Translations under genes and position numbers: made by a program
Shown: positions 32,398 to 43,957 of the stretch, in pieces
How positions within the stretch are numbered: the first letter of the stretch is position 1
Layout of the letters: each line of letters opens with the position of its first letter
Source of the DNA: Vulcanimicrobiota bacterium
GTDB lineage: Bacteria; Vulcanimicrobiota; Vulcanimicrobiia; Vulcanimicrobiales; Vulcanimicrobiaceae
Length of the DNA stretch: 64,000 nt
NCBI GenBank assembly: GCA_963795855.1
Contig: CAWCIZ010000002.1
Coordinates: 224,001-288,000, forward strand
Reading direction: 5' to 3'
Notes under the pieces: model-generated
Told to the model about the DNA's origin: nothing
Database searches by the model: none
What the model saw: only the letters and a program-made list of their open reading frames with translations

Positions 32398-32988
32398 ATG
32401 AGTTCACGGGCTATATTGGGCTTCGCATCCGTCGCGGGACTCGTCGTCAGCATGGCGGTCCCTGCCTTCGCGCAGACGACCACTCCGACAACTACGACTC
32501 CGCCGTCGACTACCACGACGACGAATCCGACGACGAACCCCGCGACGCGACCGATGCCGAACTGCCCTCCGGGCACGTCAGCGACGAACGGTAACGCAAA
32601 CGCGACGAACCCGAACGCAACGACGACTACCAACGGCACGACGACGACGTCCACCGTAAACAACGGCACGACGACGACCACGTCGCAAACCCCGCCCGCA
32701 ACGACGAACACGACGACCGGCACGACGGGTACCACGGGTACCAGCAGCACCACGACGATGAACTGCACGAACACCATGCCCGGCACGGGCACGATGCAGA
32801 ACACCGCTCCGATGCCTCAAAACAACATGAACGCGTTGACGGGCAATCCGAACGGACCCGACTGGCTGGCCAAGTTCAACCGGCCCAACGTTCGTTCCAC
32901 CAACTTTCTCGGCACGACGACTCGCTCGCGCATGCACCGCTGCCACTACGTGGTCGAAAGCGGCACCCGTACGCGCATTTGCCGATAA
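32398..32988 (+). CDS. Secreted Thr/Asn/Pro-rich low-complexity protein
   Basis: GAGGAG RBS, signal peptide ending AFA-Q, poly-Thr tracts, four Cys. Confidence 0.75.
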   Translation: MSSRAILGFASVAGLVVSMAVPAFAQTTTPTTTTPPSTTTTTNPTTNPATRPMPNCPPGTSATNGNANATNPNATTTTNGTTTTSTVNNGTTTTTSQTPPATTNTTTGTTGTTGTSSTTTMNCTNTMPGTGTMQNTAPMPQNNMNALTGNPNGPDWLAKFNRPNVRSTNFLGTTTRSRMHRCHYVVESGTRTRICR

Positions 32989-33006
32989 CCGGTAACCCGG
33001 CAACGT

Positions 33007-33039
33007 GAGAGGCTCGGCTAGGCCGGGCTCTCTTTTTTT
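33007..33039 (+). terminator. Intrinsic terminator
   Basis: GAGAG.CTCGGC-tag-GCCGGGCTCTC followed by T7. Confidence 0.75.
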
Positions 33040-33836
33040 CGTTCCAAAAACCTGTCGACTTCTTGAACGAAACGCTCGAACGCCGTGCGATGGAGATTGT
33101 GCCCCTGATCCTCGAAGACGCGAATTGCGAGGTTCGGTCCGCCGCGCTCCCGCACGCTTTTCAAATCATCCAACGGCACGATGCTCTCTTCCGCGCCGGC
33201 GATTGCAAGAAGCAGCGGTTTCGGATACGCTTCCAAATCGCCGCGCAGGTCCCACGATTCCGGCGGGTTTTCATCGCGCAGCCGTTCGATAGGCACGGCC
33301 GTCATTTCGCGAACCGCGTGTTTCTTGCGTTCGACGTCGATCTCTCCCCAGCCCAGTAGCCGGTACTCTTCCTCGACTTTCGCATCGCGCGCGGCGCCTT
33401 TGAGCGCGAAAAGCGATTTCAAGTCGGCAAGAAACTCGGCGTACCATGGATCACCGGCTTGCCGAATCATGGGATCCACGGCAACGATGCGCTGCACGTC
33501 GAAACGGCGTCCTCCGAGTATCGTCACGGCACCGCCCCACGAATGCCCCACGAGCAAGTCCACGCGATCGGGGATTGCATCCATCACGTTATACAGATCG
33601 AGCAAGCAGCGATGAAGCGTCATGGGACCTTGCACGGCAGCCGAATCACCGTGGCCGCGCTGGTCGTACGCGTAAATCCGAAAGCGGTCGGCATAGTGCA
33701 GCGCGAGCCGTTCCCAGGATTTGCGCGAACTGGTCATACCGTGCACGCAAAGGATTATGGGGCCGCGCTCACCCCATCGCTCCAGCGTCGTTTGCGCGCC
33801 GTCGTCGAGCGTTACGCGTTCTTCCGTATGAGCCAC
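33018..33836 (-). CDS. Alpha/beta hydrolase
   Basis: CVHG, DQRGHGDS, GHSWGG, GHNLH. Confidence 0.9.
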   Translation of the reverse strand: MAHTEERVTLDDGAQTTLERWGERGPIILCVHGMTSSRKSWERLALHYADRFRIYAYDQRGHGDSAAVQGPMTLHRCLLDLYNVMDAIPDRVDLLVGHSWGGAVTILGGRRFDVQRIVAVDPMIRQAGDPWYAEFLADLKSLFALKGAARDAKVEEEYRLLGWGEIDVERKKHAVREMTAVPIERLRDENPPESWDLRGDLEAYPKPLLLAIAGAEESIVPLDDLKSVRERGGPNLAIRVFEDQGHNLHRTAFERFVQEVDRFLERKKESPA

Positions 33837-33862
33837 GCGCCACGTATAAACCGCTGCGGCGG

Positions 33863-34333
33863 CTATTTCCTCGTCACGCGTTCGTGGAACTCGTCCAGAT
33901 CCTCCAATTTATTCAAGGTCACCGCATCGGAGATCGCCGCGTCGCTCAAGCCGCACGATTGCCGCATCCTGCCCGCCACTTCATCGGGGTGTTCGTACGC
34001 GCGAATGGCTTCGTTGTGCTTACGAATGCGTTCGGGCTCGATCCGGCCGCCGTTCTGTTCGACGACCCAGCGTTCGAACTGCACGTACGTCGGCTTACTC
34101 GTGCGTACGTAGTCCATGGCCTTTTGACGATCGAGATTCATTGCGCTCAGCGTCATCTGATCGAAGCCGGGGCCGCATTCGTCGTAGCCTTCCGGCAGCG
34201 CGTTCGCCGCCGCCAGCGTAAGCTTCGCCCACAATCGCGGCAAATGCACCGCGCCGAGCGGGCCGGCGGTATCCGAGCTGATGAGCGGGACGATTTTTTC
34301 ACGGATACCCGTCGTCGAGCCGGTAGTCGTCAT
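33863..34333 (-). CDS. DUF5069-like protein
   Basis: AGGAGG RBS; GPLGAVHLPRLWAK..LPEGY..GFDQM; LEDLDE. Confidence 0.7.
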   Translation of the reverse strand: MTTTGSTTGIREKIVPLISSDTAGPLGAVHLPRLWAKLTLAAANALPEGYDECGPGFDQMTLSAMNLDRQKAMDYVRTSKPTYVQFERWVVEQNGGRIEPERIRKHNEAIRAYEHPDEVAGRMRQSCGLSDAAISDAVTLNKLEDLDEFHERVTRK

Positions 34334-34352
34334 TGAGTACCTCCTTCGCGCG

Positions 34353-35264
34353 TTATGCGCGCGCCATTTGATCCGCTGCGTGTCGTGTTTTGAACGTGAG
34401 TTCGGAGACACCGGACTTGTCGAGATCGCCGAGCCCGAGCGCCTTCATGCGCTCGTATTGGCGGAACGTTGCTTCGGCGAGCGGCAAGGTGAGGTCCGCG
34501 TCCCGTGCGAGTGAAAGGGCGATGCCCGAATCCTTTGCCGCGTGTTCGGCGGAAAAATAGCAGTCGTGGTCGCGGTTTTGCATGTCTGCGCCATCGGTTT
34601 CCAAGACGCGCGAATTTGCGCCGGTTTGAGCGAACACTTCTCGCACGGCGTCCAGATCCAAGCCGAGCGCGTCCGCAAGTCCGAGCCCTTCCGCCAAACC
34701 CGCCGTATTGATGTTCATAACCATATTGACGAGCGCCTTGACCTGTGCCGCGCGTCCCGCTTCACCGATGTACCGCAGGTTCGAACTCATGCTCTCGAGC
34801 ACAGGTCGAACGCGCTCGAAGTCATCGCGGCGGCCGCCGCACATCAAATACAGCGAGCCCGAGCGCGCCTGCGGAATGGAACTTGCCATGCACGCTTCCA
34901 ACGCGTGCGCGCCGCGCTCTTCGCACAAACGCTGAACCTCGACGTGCACCTTCGGCGCGACCGTCGCGGCGTTGAGGAAATATTTTCCGTTCGCTCCGTC
35001 GAGCAGCGAATCGCCATCGGTCGCATAGATGCGGTACATCGCCGCGTCGTCCGTAACGACGGTGATGATCACATCGCAAAGTTGCGTAACGCGCGCCAGC
35101 CGCGTGCAGACTTCGGCCTGCGTATCCGCTGCGGTTTCGGCCGCCGCCTGTGGGCGCGTATCGTAGACAGCCGCAACGGCGTAGCCCTCATCTTTCAAAT
35201 GCCGTGCGATGTTGGAACCCATTCGCCCGGCGCCGACGATGCCGATACGATCGCTGCTTGCCAT
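34353..35264 (-). CDS. NAD(P)-dependent oxidoreductase, 3-hydroxyisobutyrate dehydrogenase family
   Basis: GIVGAGRMGSNIA, KALVNMV, AAKDSGIA. Confidence 0.88.
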   Translation of the reverse strand: MASSDRIGIVGAGRMGSNIARHLKDEGYAVAAVYDTRPQAAAETAADTQAEVCTRLARVTQLCDVIITVVTDDAAMYRIYATDGDSLLDGANGKYFLNAATVAPKVHVEVQRLCEERGAHALEACMASSIPQARSGSLYLMCGGRRDDFERVRPVLESMSSNLRYIGEAGRAAQVKALVNMVMNINTAGLAEGLGLADALGLDLDAVREVFAQTGANSRVLETDGADMQNRDHDCYFSAEHAAKDSGIALSLARDADLTLPLAEATFRQYERMKALGLGDLDKSGVSELTFKTRHAADQMARA

Positions 35265-35390
35265 TCGTGCCTCTGCTCTGGAATGAGGAATAGAAGCGCC
35301 TTTCAACGATGCGCCGCCGCTTCCTTATGAACCGGCCGAGTGGCCGCCATATCGCAGTACCGGCAAGTCTGCAGCCGGATTGTTTGCGCG

Positions 35391-35399
35391 TGCTATAAT
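35391..35399 (+). promoter_or_regulatory. Extended -10 promoter (TGcTATAAT) for a probably leaderless transcript
   Basis: Consensus TGnTATAAT 6 nt before ATG 35406; no SD sequence. Confidence 0.7.
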
Positions 35400-35405
35400 C
35401 CGTTG

Positions 35406-37413
35406 ATGCTGCAGTGGGCCGTTTTTGCGTTAGCCGCCCTCGCGCCCAATCCAACGCCTACTCCGAGCACCACACCGTCGCCTTTGCCGATTATCTCCTC
35501 GGTTCGGATTGCGACCGGTTCTTCCGAAACGCTGCATGCGCTTCCCGTCGCCGCATCGGTCATCGATAGCGTTTCGATAGCAAGTTCGAGCGCGTACGCC
35601 ACCGATGCGTTGCTGCGTTCGCTTCCCGGATTCGATCGCACGCGCAGCAATAGTCTGTTCACCAATTACGGGCAGCTGCGTGTATCGTTTGCCGGTGCGG
35701 GAAGCGATCGCGGGTTGGTGTTGGCTGACGGAGTCCCTGCTCAGGACGCTTTCGGCGGTCAAATAGATTGGGCTGCATATCCCGCGAGCGACATCGAGCG
35801 CGCGGAATTGCTGCTCGGAGCCGGATCCGCGCTTTACGGCGCAGGCGCCGTCGGCGGCGTTCTCGATATCGAAACGTACTCGCCGCCGGCGGACCGGACC
35901 CTGCCGGCGGGTAACGTGTCGCTGGCGGCCGGGAGCCGCGCTTTTTCGCAGCAGTGGGCGAACGCAAGGGTGACGATTGCACCTCGCCTGAATGCGTCGT
36001 TCGCGCTGCAGCAACAGCGTTTGGAGTATTCGGCGCTCGCGCCCGGCTATCAGAGCGCCATCGATCGGGTCTCGCAAGCCGATGCAAGCATGGCAGCATT
36101 TCGCCTCCGGTATGCCGCAACGAGCCGTGATACGATCGAACTGGGAGAGCGCGGCGCATGGGACGATCAATTCGAAGGCCGTACGAACTACGCGTTTTCG
36201 CGACGGCTCGTACAAACGGACGCCCGTTTCACGCATGCGACGCCGCGCAGCACGCTGCAGACTACGCTTTACAGTCGCAGCGCGTTCATCGTGAACGCGG
36301 CCGACCAGTATCCTACCGCGCCCGGCGCGCTGCGCTACGTACAAGACGTCCCCACGAACGAAAGCGGCGCCGCTCTTCGATGGATATTCGGCGCCGGGCC
36401 GTCGACTTTCGAACTTACCGCGGACGCTCGTCACGCAGGGGGGGAAAGCGCGCAGTACGGCACGGCCGCGGCGTTGCAAAACTCCGGAGCAGGTCTGCAG
36501 AGTTTGGGCGGCGTTGCAGCTCAGTGGACGCGGCGCATGCGCCGCTTCGAGCTCGTAGCCGGCGCGCGCTTCGACGAAGTGCGCTCGTACGGCGAGCAGC
36601 TCGCGACGGCATCGCGCGGCGTCACGACGGTGACGGCGCCGCCGGACCGTCTGGACGAAGCGATATCGCCGCGCATCGCCGCGCGTTACGACGTTTCGCC
36701 GCATCTTGCGCTTCGCGCATCCTGGGGCAGCGGATTACGCGCGCCGTTCCTAAACGAACTCGTGCGCGGATACTTCATCGGAAGCGTCGCGTTTGAACCG
36801 AATCCGGCGCTCGTGCCGGAACGCAGCCGCACACTTTCGGGCGGCATCGACTTTTTGGGAACGGTTTCGCATCTCTCACTCGACGCGTTCGACACCAGCG
36901 TAAACGACGCCATCATGTTTCGCACGATCGATGCAACGCATCAGATGCGCAGCAACGTCGCTGCGACGCGGACCGAATCGTACCTGCTGCGCTACACGCG
37001 CGCGCTCGGCGGATGTTCGCGTATCTCGGCCGTGGTTCGGCAATCAAGATGCACGCGTCGCCGCCGGTCCGCCGGCAATCGCCGGTAAGCGCCTGCAATA
37101 CGTGCCCGAGCAATCGGCGTCCGTCGAATACGCGGGCCGGATCGGTCGCGTCGGCATGGGAGCATCCGTTTCGTACATCGGGCAAACGTACGCGGACGAC
37201 CTGAATACGCAGCCGCTCGGCACCGCAGTGTTGATTGGCGCGCGCCTTCGCATCCCGCTCGCCGCCGGTGCGAGCATCGAGGCCATCACCGACAACTTGA
37301 CGGATGCCAGGTACCTCTCGAGCATCGACCGCTACGGGTCGCCGCAGCTTCTCTCCGTGAACGTCACCCTGCCCGTGGGCAGCCCCGACGCACGAAACGC
37401 CTGCTCGCAGTAA
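35406..37413 (+). CDS. TonB-dependent receptor (indel near 37030)
   Basis: Plug motifs LRSLPG, LADGVP, IERAELLLGAGSALYG.GAVGGV; barrel motifs SPRIA, RAPFLNEL, NPALVPERS, NLTDARY. Confidence 0.85.
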
Positions 37414-37480
37414 GCGTTCGAGCGAGGGGAACAATGGGCGAAGTGAATGCGTTCACCCGTTAGGAGGGACCAAGCTTCGA

Positions 37481-37972
37481 ATGTTCATCAAACGCGCACT
37501 CGCAGGAACCACGCTGGCCGCCGTTCTGGCACTGATCGTGCCCGCAGCGCCGGCTCTCGCCAACGGCGCGGCGAGCACCCGCAACATTCTGTTCGGGCTC
37601 GGCGCAGCGACGTATCTGATCATCCAACACAACCGCAAGGTCCACGAGAAATACGCGGAATACGACCGGCGCCAAGCGGAACTGCAATCGCAGAGCAATG
37701 ACGCCTGGGCGGCGTACAGCAGCGAAAAGAACGCGTACGACAACGCTATCGCGGAAGTCGGCGACCTCAAACGGGAAGTCTCCTACCAGCACAACGTCGT
37801 GCAGCAGCTTCGCCATCAACTGGCGATGAGCGGCCGCCAAAGCGGATTCTCGGCGCAAACGGCATACGCTCCGCAGCCGCGTCGCGCGGCTCCGCATAGG
37901 ACTCACCGCGCCGCAGCGGCCAATGCCGGCAACTCGGTCGCGATGGTTTCGTACGGGTGGGGACAGCTGTAA
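37481..37972 (+). CDS. Secreted coiled-coil hypothetical protein
   Basis: AGGAGG RBS; signal peptide ending ALA-N. Confidence 0.7.
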   Translation: MFIKRALAGTTLAAVLALIVPAAPALANGAASTRNILFGLGAATYLIIQHNRKVHEKYAEYDRRQAELQSQSNDAWAAYSSEKNAYDNAIAEVGDLKREVSYQHNVVQQLRHQLAMSGRQSGFSAQTAYAPQPRRAAPHRTHRAAAANAGNSVAMVSYGWGQL

Positions 37973-37974
37973 CG

Positions 37975-38352
37975 ATGCGAATCGTTGCTGTGCTTGCGGG
38001 CGCCGGCCTCGCGCTGGCGCTCGCCGCATGCGGCGGGGGCGCCACCGGCCAAGCTCAAAACCTCGCCGACACGACGACGAAGGCGGCCTTCAACGACGAT
38101 CCGAACGGCGTTACCGCGCATTTCGACGATCAACTCAAATCCCAGGTGACGCGCGCGGAGGTCGGCGTCCTCTCGGACCGCATGCATAAGAGGGGCGAGT
38201 ATCAGGGGTTGACGTTCGTAAGCGCGGACCCGAACAAAAACGAATACACGTACCGGGCGAATTTTTCGAAGGGATCGGTGCCCGTGGTCGTCCGCCTGGA
38301 CGGCAACGGCGAGATCGCGGCGTACCGCGTGGAACTCCCCGCTTCGCTGTAG
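37975..38352 (+). CDS. Hypothetical lipoprotein (DUF3887-like)
   Basis: Lipobox LAAC; FDDQLK, ANFSKG, GEIAAY. Confidence 0.7.
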   Translation: MRIVAVLAGAGLALALAACGGGATGQAQNLADTTTKAAFNDDPNGVTAHFDDQLKSQVTRAEVGVLSDRMHKRGEYQGLTFVSADPNKNEYTYRANFSKGSVPVVVRLDGNGEIAAYRVELPASL

Positions 38353-38381
38353 CGCGCCGTTGGTTTGGGAACACCCGTCCC

Positions 38382-39077
38382 ATGGGCGACGACGCGTACA
38401 TTCCCGCCGACGAGACGCTCCTCTGGCGCTACATGAAGCTGAACTCCTTTTTGGAGCTGCTCAGCGGCCATTTGATACAAACGCGCATCGACGTCTTGAA
38501 CGACGCCGCCGAGGGCGCGTTCGGCTACAAGCACATTCGATTCGCACCCGCGCTTCGAACGGACGGGCGCGACAACGCGCAAGCGATACGCGCCGCGCGA
38601 TTGCGCGTCGCCGCCACGTATTGGTTCGAGTTCGAGGAGCGCGAGTCGTATGGGATGTGGAACCTGTACGGCCGCACCGGCGAATCCGTGGCGATTGAAA
38701 CCACCGTCGGAGCGTTACGCGAACTGCTCGGCCGCGAGGGCTCAGTGCGCATCGAGCGCATGCGCTACGAGCCCATGCACGGCGAGATCGACGACATCGC
38801 CACGCTCTTTTTTCACAAACGGCGCGAATACAAAGAGGAACGCGAAATCCGCAGCGTCCAGGTATTCGAAGAGCAGCTCTCCGACACAATCGTCGATCAA
38901 AAACTTTCGTTGGACGATCTGAACCTGCTGATCCGGCGCATCGTTCTTGCGCCGGACAGCCGGCAGACCTTCATCGACGCCGCAAAGCACGTCGTCGAGA
39001 GCGTGTTCGCCTTCGACGACAAGCGCTTTGGCGGCGAGATCTGCGGCTCGGCCCTCGATCAGGATTTGATTCCTTGA
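38382..39077 (+). CDS. DUF2971-like hypothetical protein
   Basis: LWRYM..F, ESYGMWNLY, VAIETT, FFHKRREYKEEREIR. Confidence 0.7.
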   Translation: MGDDAYIPADETLLWRYMKLNSFLELLSGHLIQTRIDVLNDAAEGAFGYKHIRFAPALRTDGRDNAQAIRAARLRVAATYWFEFEERESYGMWNLYGRTGESVAIETTVGALRELLGREGSVRIERMRYEPMHGEIDDIATLFFHKRREYKEEREIRSVQVFEEQLSDTIVDQKLSLDDLNLLIRRIVLAPDSRQTFIDAAKHVVESVFAFDDKRFGGEICGSALDQDLIP

Positions 39078-39098
39078 CGTTGCGGCGCGCGGGGCGAT

Positions 39099-40918
39099 TT
39101 ACTTTTTGAAGATCTTGCCGATGACGCCGCCGACTCCGTCCATCGGCGCCGCTTCGTAGCCAGCTTCCTCCAAAACGTCCCCGACGATCGTCAGCGCGAT
39201 TTGCTTGCGGTTCGGCGTTCCTTCGACCAGCGCCTGATACATGTGAATTGCCTGGTCTTTCTTGATCTTCGCCGGCATCGGCGGTTCGTGTTCGTCGACG
39301 ACGCATTCGATGATCGCCGGGCCCGGATGTGCGAGCGCTTCTTTCACCGTATCTCCGGCCTGACGAGTCTCGGTAATGCGCAGCCCCTTCGCACCGCACG
39401 CTTCAGCGAACTTCACGAAATCCATCGGCGCGAATTTCACGCCGTACTCGGGGTTGCCGAGGAAGACCATCTGTTCCCACTTGATGAGTCCGAGCGTGTT
39501 GTTCTTGAGCACGAAGATTTTAACCGGCAGATTGTGCTGCACGCATGTCAGAAAGTCTCCGAGCTGCATCGTCATCGATCCGTCGCCCGTAAACGCGACG
39601 ACTTGCCGGCCGGGAAACGCCGCCTGAGCGCCGATCGCGTAGGGCAGCGCAGCCGCCATCGAACAGTTGGTTCCGGAGAACGAAAACTGCTGATTGGCTC
39701 GTAGTTTGATCTGCCGCGCCGCCCAAGTCGTCACGGTGCCCGAGTCGCCACAGATGATCGCGTCGTCGTCCAGATGCGGCCAAAGGTGCCAAGCCGGAAC
39801 TTGCGGCCGCATCGGCACATCGTCGCGCGTTCCGCGCTCCTCCATGAGCGCCCACCACTCTTTCATGCCGTCCTGCGCCTGCTTGAGGAACGCGCGGTCG
39901 TCGTTGCGCGGGACGTGGTTGAGCAGCATTTGGAGCGTGAGCCGCGCATCGCCGCACAATCCGTACGTCACGGCGGCGCGCAAACCGATTCGCTCCGGTT
40001 TGTCGTCGATCTGCACGATCGCCGTCTCTGCCGGGCTTAGGATAGAACTCGATGTACGGCATGGTGCTGCCGACGATCAGCAGCAGCTCGCACCCTTTCA
40101 TCGCTTCTTCCGACGGCTTCGTGCCCACCATCGCTATCGATCCGGTCGTATACGGGCTATCGTCCGGCACGCAGTCCTTGCCGAGCATCGCCTTCACGAT
40201 GGGCGCGGCGAGGCGTTCGGCGAACTGTTCCAGCTCTTTACGGCATCCGCGAGCGCCCGCGCCGGCCAGGATACAGATTTTCTTCTTGCCTTCGAAAAGC
40301 TTCGCCGCCGCCTCGACTTCGCTGCGCTGCGGCGCGCGTTCGTGCTGATGCCAGCGCGTCGAGGTGTGCCCCTTGACGTTGCGGTGCGATCGGTTTCCGC
40401 CTTCGGCGTCGGCGGCTTGAAAATCGATTGGAAAACCGATGTATGCAGGGCCGCGCTGCGAAAGTGCGCTGCGAATTGCGAAATCGACCACGTTCGTGAT
40501 GTGCTGCACGCCCATGATGCGTTCGCTGTAGACGCACAGCGGCGCGACGATCCGATCGGTAGGGACATCCTGGAGATAGTTCGTGCCTTCGAGATCGTGG
40601 TACGCCATGCCGCCGATCGCCAGGATCGGCGCTTGTTCGGATTTGGAATCCAGAATGCCGTTCATCATGTGAATGACGCCCGGCCCTGCCGTAGAAAAAC
40701 AAACGCCCAGGCTGCCCCGTAAATTTCGCGTAGCCGACCGCGGCCATTGCCGCGACTTCTTCGTGGCGAACGTGCACGTACCGCAGGCGATCCTGATGCT
40801 TGCGAAGCGCCTCCATAAAGCCGTTGATCCCGTCGCCCGGCAAACCGAAGATCGTGTCGACGCCCCAATCGATGAGTCGCTCGACCATGACCTCCGCGCC
40901 GACTTTGGTTGTGCTCAT
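39099..40918 (-). CDS. TPP-dependent pyruvate oxidase/dehydrogenase, PoxB-like (about three indels)
   Basis: FGLPGDGIN, VRHEEVAA, TAGPG, GDGSMTM, NNTLGLIKWEQ; frame changes near 40705, 40670 and 40030. Confidence 0.85.
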
Positions 40919-43900
40919 CTCCTTGCCTCCGTTGTGTTTGGACAGGTTCAGCATCATCACGGATCCCGTCACGACCGTCGCTATCCCGGCACCTATTGCG
41001 ATCTCCCGCAGGCGCGTGCTCCGCGCGAGGCCGTCCATGTCCGGCGCGTACTCACCGCGTTCGAGGGCCATGCGAAGCACTTGCGCGATGTGCAGCGGCT
41101 TGCGCTGCGCGCCTTCCTCGATTTGGTGACGGCAGCTGAACCCGTCGGCAATGACGAGCGTCGAGGCGGATGCGTCGCGTACTTTCGGCAGAATGACTCG
41201 CTCGCCGCACGCTTGCGATACTTCATAGCGATCGCCGGCTTCGTACCCAAGCTGCCCGCCATTCCGCAGCAGCCGGAATCCGGAATATCCAGCTCGCAGC
41301 CCGAGTTTTTCCATCATCGCGCGCTCCGCTTTGAATTTCATCACCGCGCCCTGATGGCAATGCACCTGCACGATCGCGTGCTTGTGAAGCTTCGGAACCT
41401 TCCAGTGCCAGTTGCCGCCTTTTTGTTCGAGAAATTCGGCGAGCGTGTACGTTTGCTGCGCGAGCCGCTGCGCGTCGAGATCGTTCGGGAAACATATTCA
41501 CCAGTTCGTCGCGGAACGCGGCGATACAGCTGGGCTCGAGTCCCACGATCGGCGTGCCGTCGCGCAAGAACGGCTCCATGGTGTGAATCGCGTCGCGAAA
41601 GTAGGCTTTCGCGAGCGTGAGAAAGCCGTAATCGAAGAACGGGCGCCCGCAGCATACGCGCGTTTGCGGCACGACGACTTCAAAACCGAGTTCTTCGAGC
41701 GCAACCGTCGCTGCTATGGCGACCTCGGGCGTGAAGTACGTGTTGAACGTGTCCGCCCACAGCACGACCGTTTGCCGCTGCGTCGCGGCGGACCGCGGCG
41801 CGCTCTTGTGACGCTTCCACCAGCGGTCGAACGGCACCGCGGCAAAACGCGGAAGCTCGCGCTCCGGCGCGATACCGCCGAATGCTTTGAGCACTTGCGA
41901 GAGCACGGGGGTGCGAGAGCACGCCGTTCACGACGTCGGGCGATTGCGCGGCAAGCGGCGCCCAGATCGGAATCAGCCCCATCGCATATGCCGACGGCGG
42001 ACGCACGCGTCCCTGGTAGTAATGCGCCAAGAACTCCGCCTTGTACGTCGCCATGTCGACCTGCACGGGGCAGTCGCCTTTGCATCCCTTGCACGCGAGG
42101 CACAGATGCAGCGCTTCGTTGACCTCCTCGTTCTTCCAATTGTTTTTCTCCCGGGCCGCTCGGGTCGCATCATCTCTTGCAGCAGGCGCGCGCGACCGCG
42201 CGTCGAGTGCTTCTCTTCGCGCGTCGCCATGAAACTGGGGCACATCGTTCCACCCTCGGTATGCCGGCATTTGCCGATGCCGAAACACCGGTTCGAGGCC
42301 TCCATGAAACTGAAGTTATCTTGCGGGAAAGCTGAAATACGACTCGAAATCGATGGGCGTGTAATCCGTGCCTTCGCGCAGATTCGTGTCGAGCGGATAC
42401 GGATCGAGAGTTTGCCGGGATTCATCTTGTTCTGCGGATCCCAGATTGCTTTGAACTCTCGGAACGCGGTGATGATCTCTTCGCCGAACGCCTTGGGCAG
42501 AAGCTCCGCCCGTCCTTGGCCGTCTCCGTGCTCGCCGGATGGAAGGCCGCCGTACGATACGACCAGATCGGTCGCCTGTTCCATGAACGCGCGGAATTTT
42601 TTGACGTTGTCCGCGGTTCGGAATTTGAAATCGATGCGGCAATGGATGCAGCCCTGTCCCCAATGCCCGTAAAACGTCCCGTCGTACTCGAATTTTCCGA
42701 GCAATTTTTCGAAGTCGCGCAAGATAATCTCCGAGAACTTCCGGCGCTAGGGCGGCGTCTTCCCAGTTCGGCCATCCCCCTTCTCCGCCCAGGCCGATCG
42801 GCATACGCGCGGTACTGGCGCTGTGCCGCCGAATCTCCCAGACCGCTTCTTCGTCTTGCGGACTCTCCAAAAGTTTGAAGTTCGGTCCATTCGCAGCGCG
42901 CTAAACGCGCGCGCAGCGCTTCCGCTTGCGCGTCGGCCTCCTTTTTCGTTTGCGCGCCGAACTGCGCGACGACGAATTCGCGCCCTTGCGGAAGAACGTA
43001 ACGGCCGCCGAAGTTGAGCGATTTCTTGTCGAGATTGCTGATGACGTGGCTCGAGAAGAACTCGATCGCCATCGGCTGGTATTCATGCAGAAGCGGAACG
43101 ATATCGCCCGAGCTCCCGAGATCGGGAAAACCTAGGACGACGAGCGATTTGTGCTGCGGCTGCCGGCACGAGGCGCAACTTCGCCTCGAGCGTGAGCGCG
43201 CACGTTCCTTCGCTTCCCACAAGGCGCTCGCGCCACGTTGAAGCCGTTCTCCGGCAGAAGCATATCGAGACTGTAGCCGGAGACCAGACGCGGAATTTTC
43301 GGAAAACGGCGGCGAATCAACTGGGCGTAGGCATCGCGCAACGCGCGCAAGCGTGAATAAATTTCGCCGCGCCTGCCGCCGCCCGCAACGATCTCGTGCA
43401 GTTCGCGTTCGCTCGTCGCCCCCACGCGCATGCGCAGGCCGTCGTACGTGAGAACGTCGAGTTCGAAGACGTTTTCGGCGGTGCGCCCCGCCATCAGCGC
43501 GTGCGTGCCGCACGAGTTGTTTCCGATCATCCCGCCGATCGTGCAATGATCGTGCGTTGCCGGATCGGGACCGAACGTGATCGGTCCTCGCTCGGCCGCC
43601 GCGCCGCGCAACTGATCGCAGATGACGCCCGGCTGAACGCGAGCCGTCATCTCTTCCGGATCGATGTCCAGAATTTTGTTCAGATATTTCGACGTGTCGA
43701 TGACGACGGCGGCGTTGCAGCACTGGCCCGCCAGGCTCGTGCCGCAGCCGCGCGGCCAGAATCGGAACCCCGTTTTCGCGGCAAATAGCCACCGCTTGTT
43801 CCACGTCGCCGGTGCTTCTGGGTATGACGATGCCGATCGGCACTTGGCGATACACTGAGGCATCGTACGCGTACATCGCGCGATCGCCGTCGGAGAACCG

Positions 43901-43957
43901 GACTTCGCCGGTAATTGCGTTGCGAAGTGCCGTTTCCAATCCATGCGCGTCTTTCAC
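40915..43957 (-). CDS. FAD-binding / Fe-S oxidoreductase (GlcD plus GlcF-like; many indels)
   Basis: YAYDASVY, RGCGTSLAGQ, TIGGMIGNNSCG, SGEHGDG, CFGIGKC, MCPSF, CLACKGCKGDCP, CCGRP, ADGFSCRHQI, spread over several frames. Confidence 0.85.

Noticed and set aside
40238..41371. Apparent fusion of the Fe-S oxidoreductase C-terminus to the PoxB-like N-terminus
   Set aside because: An AAGGAG followed by ATGA at 40918-40915 fits normal translational coupling, and the region is full of indels.
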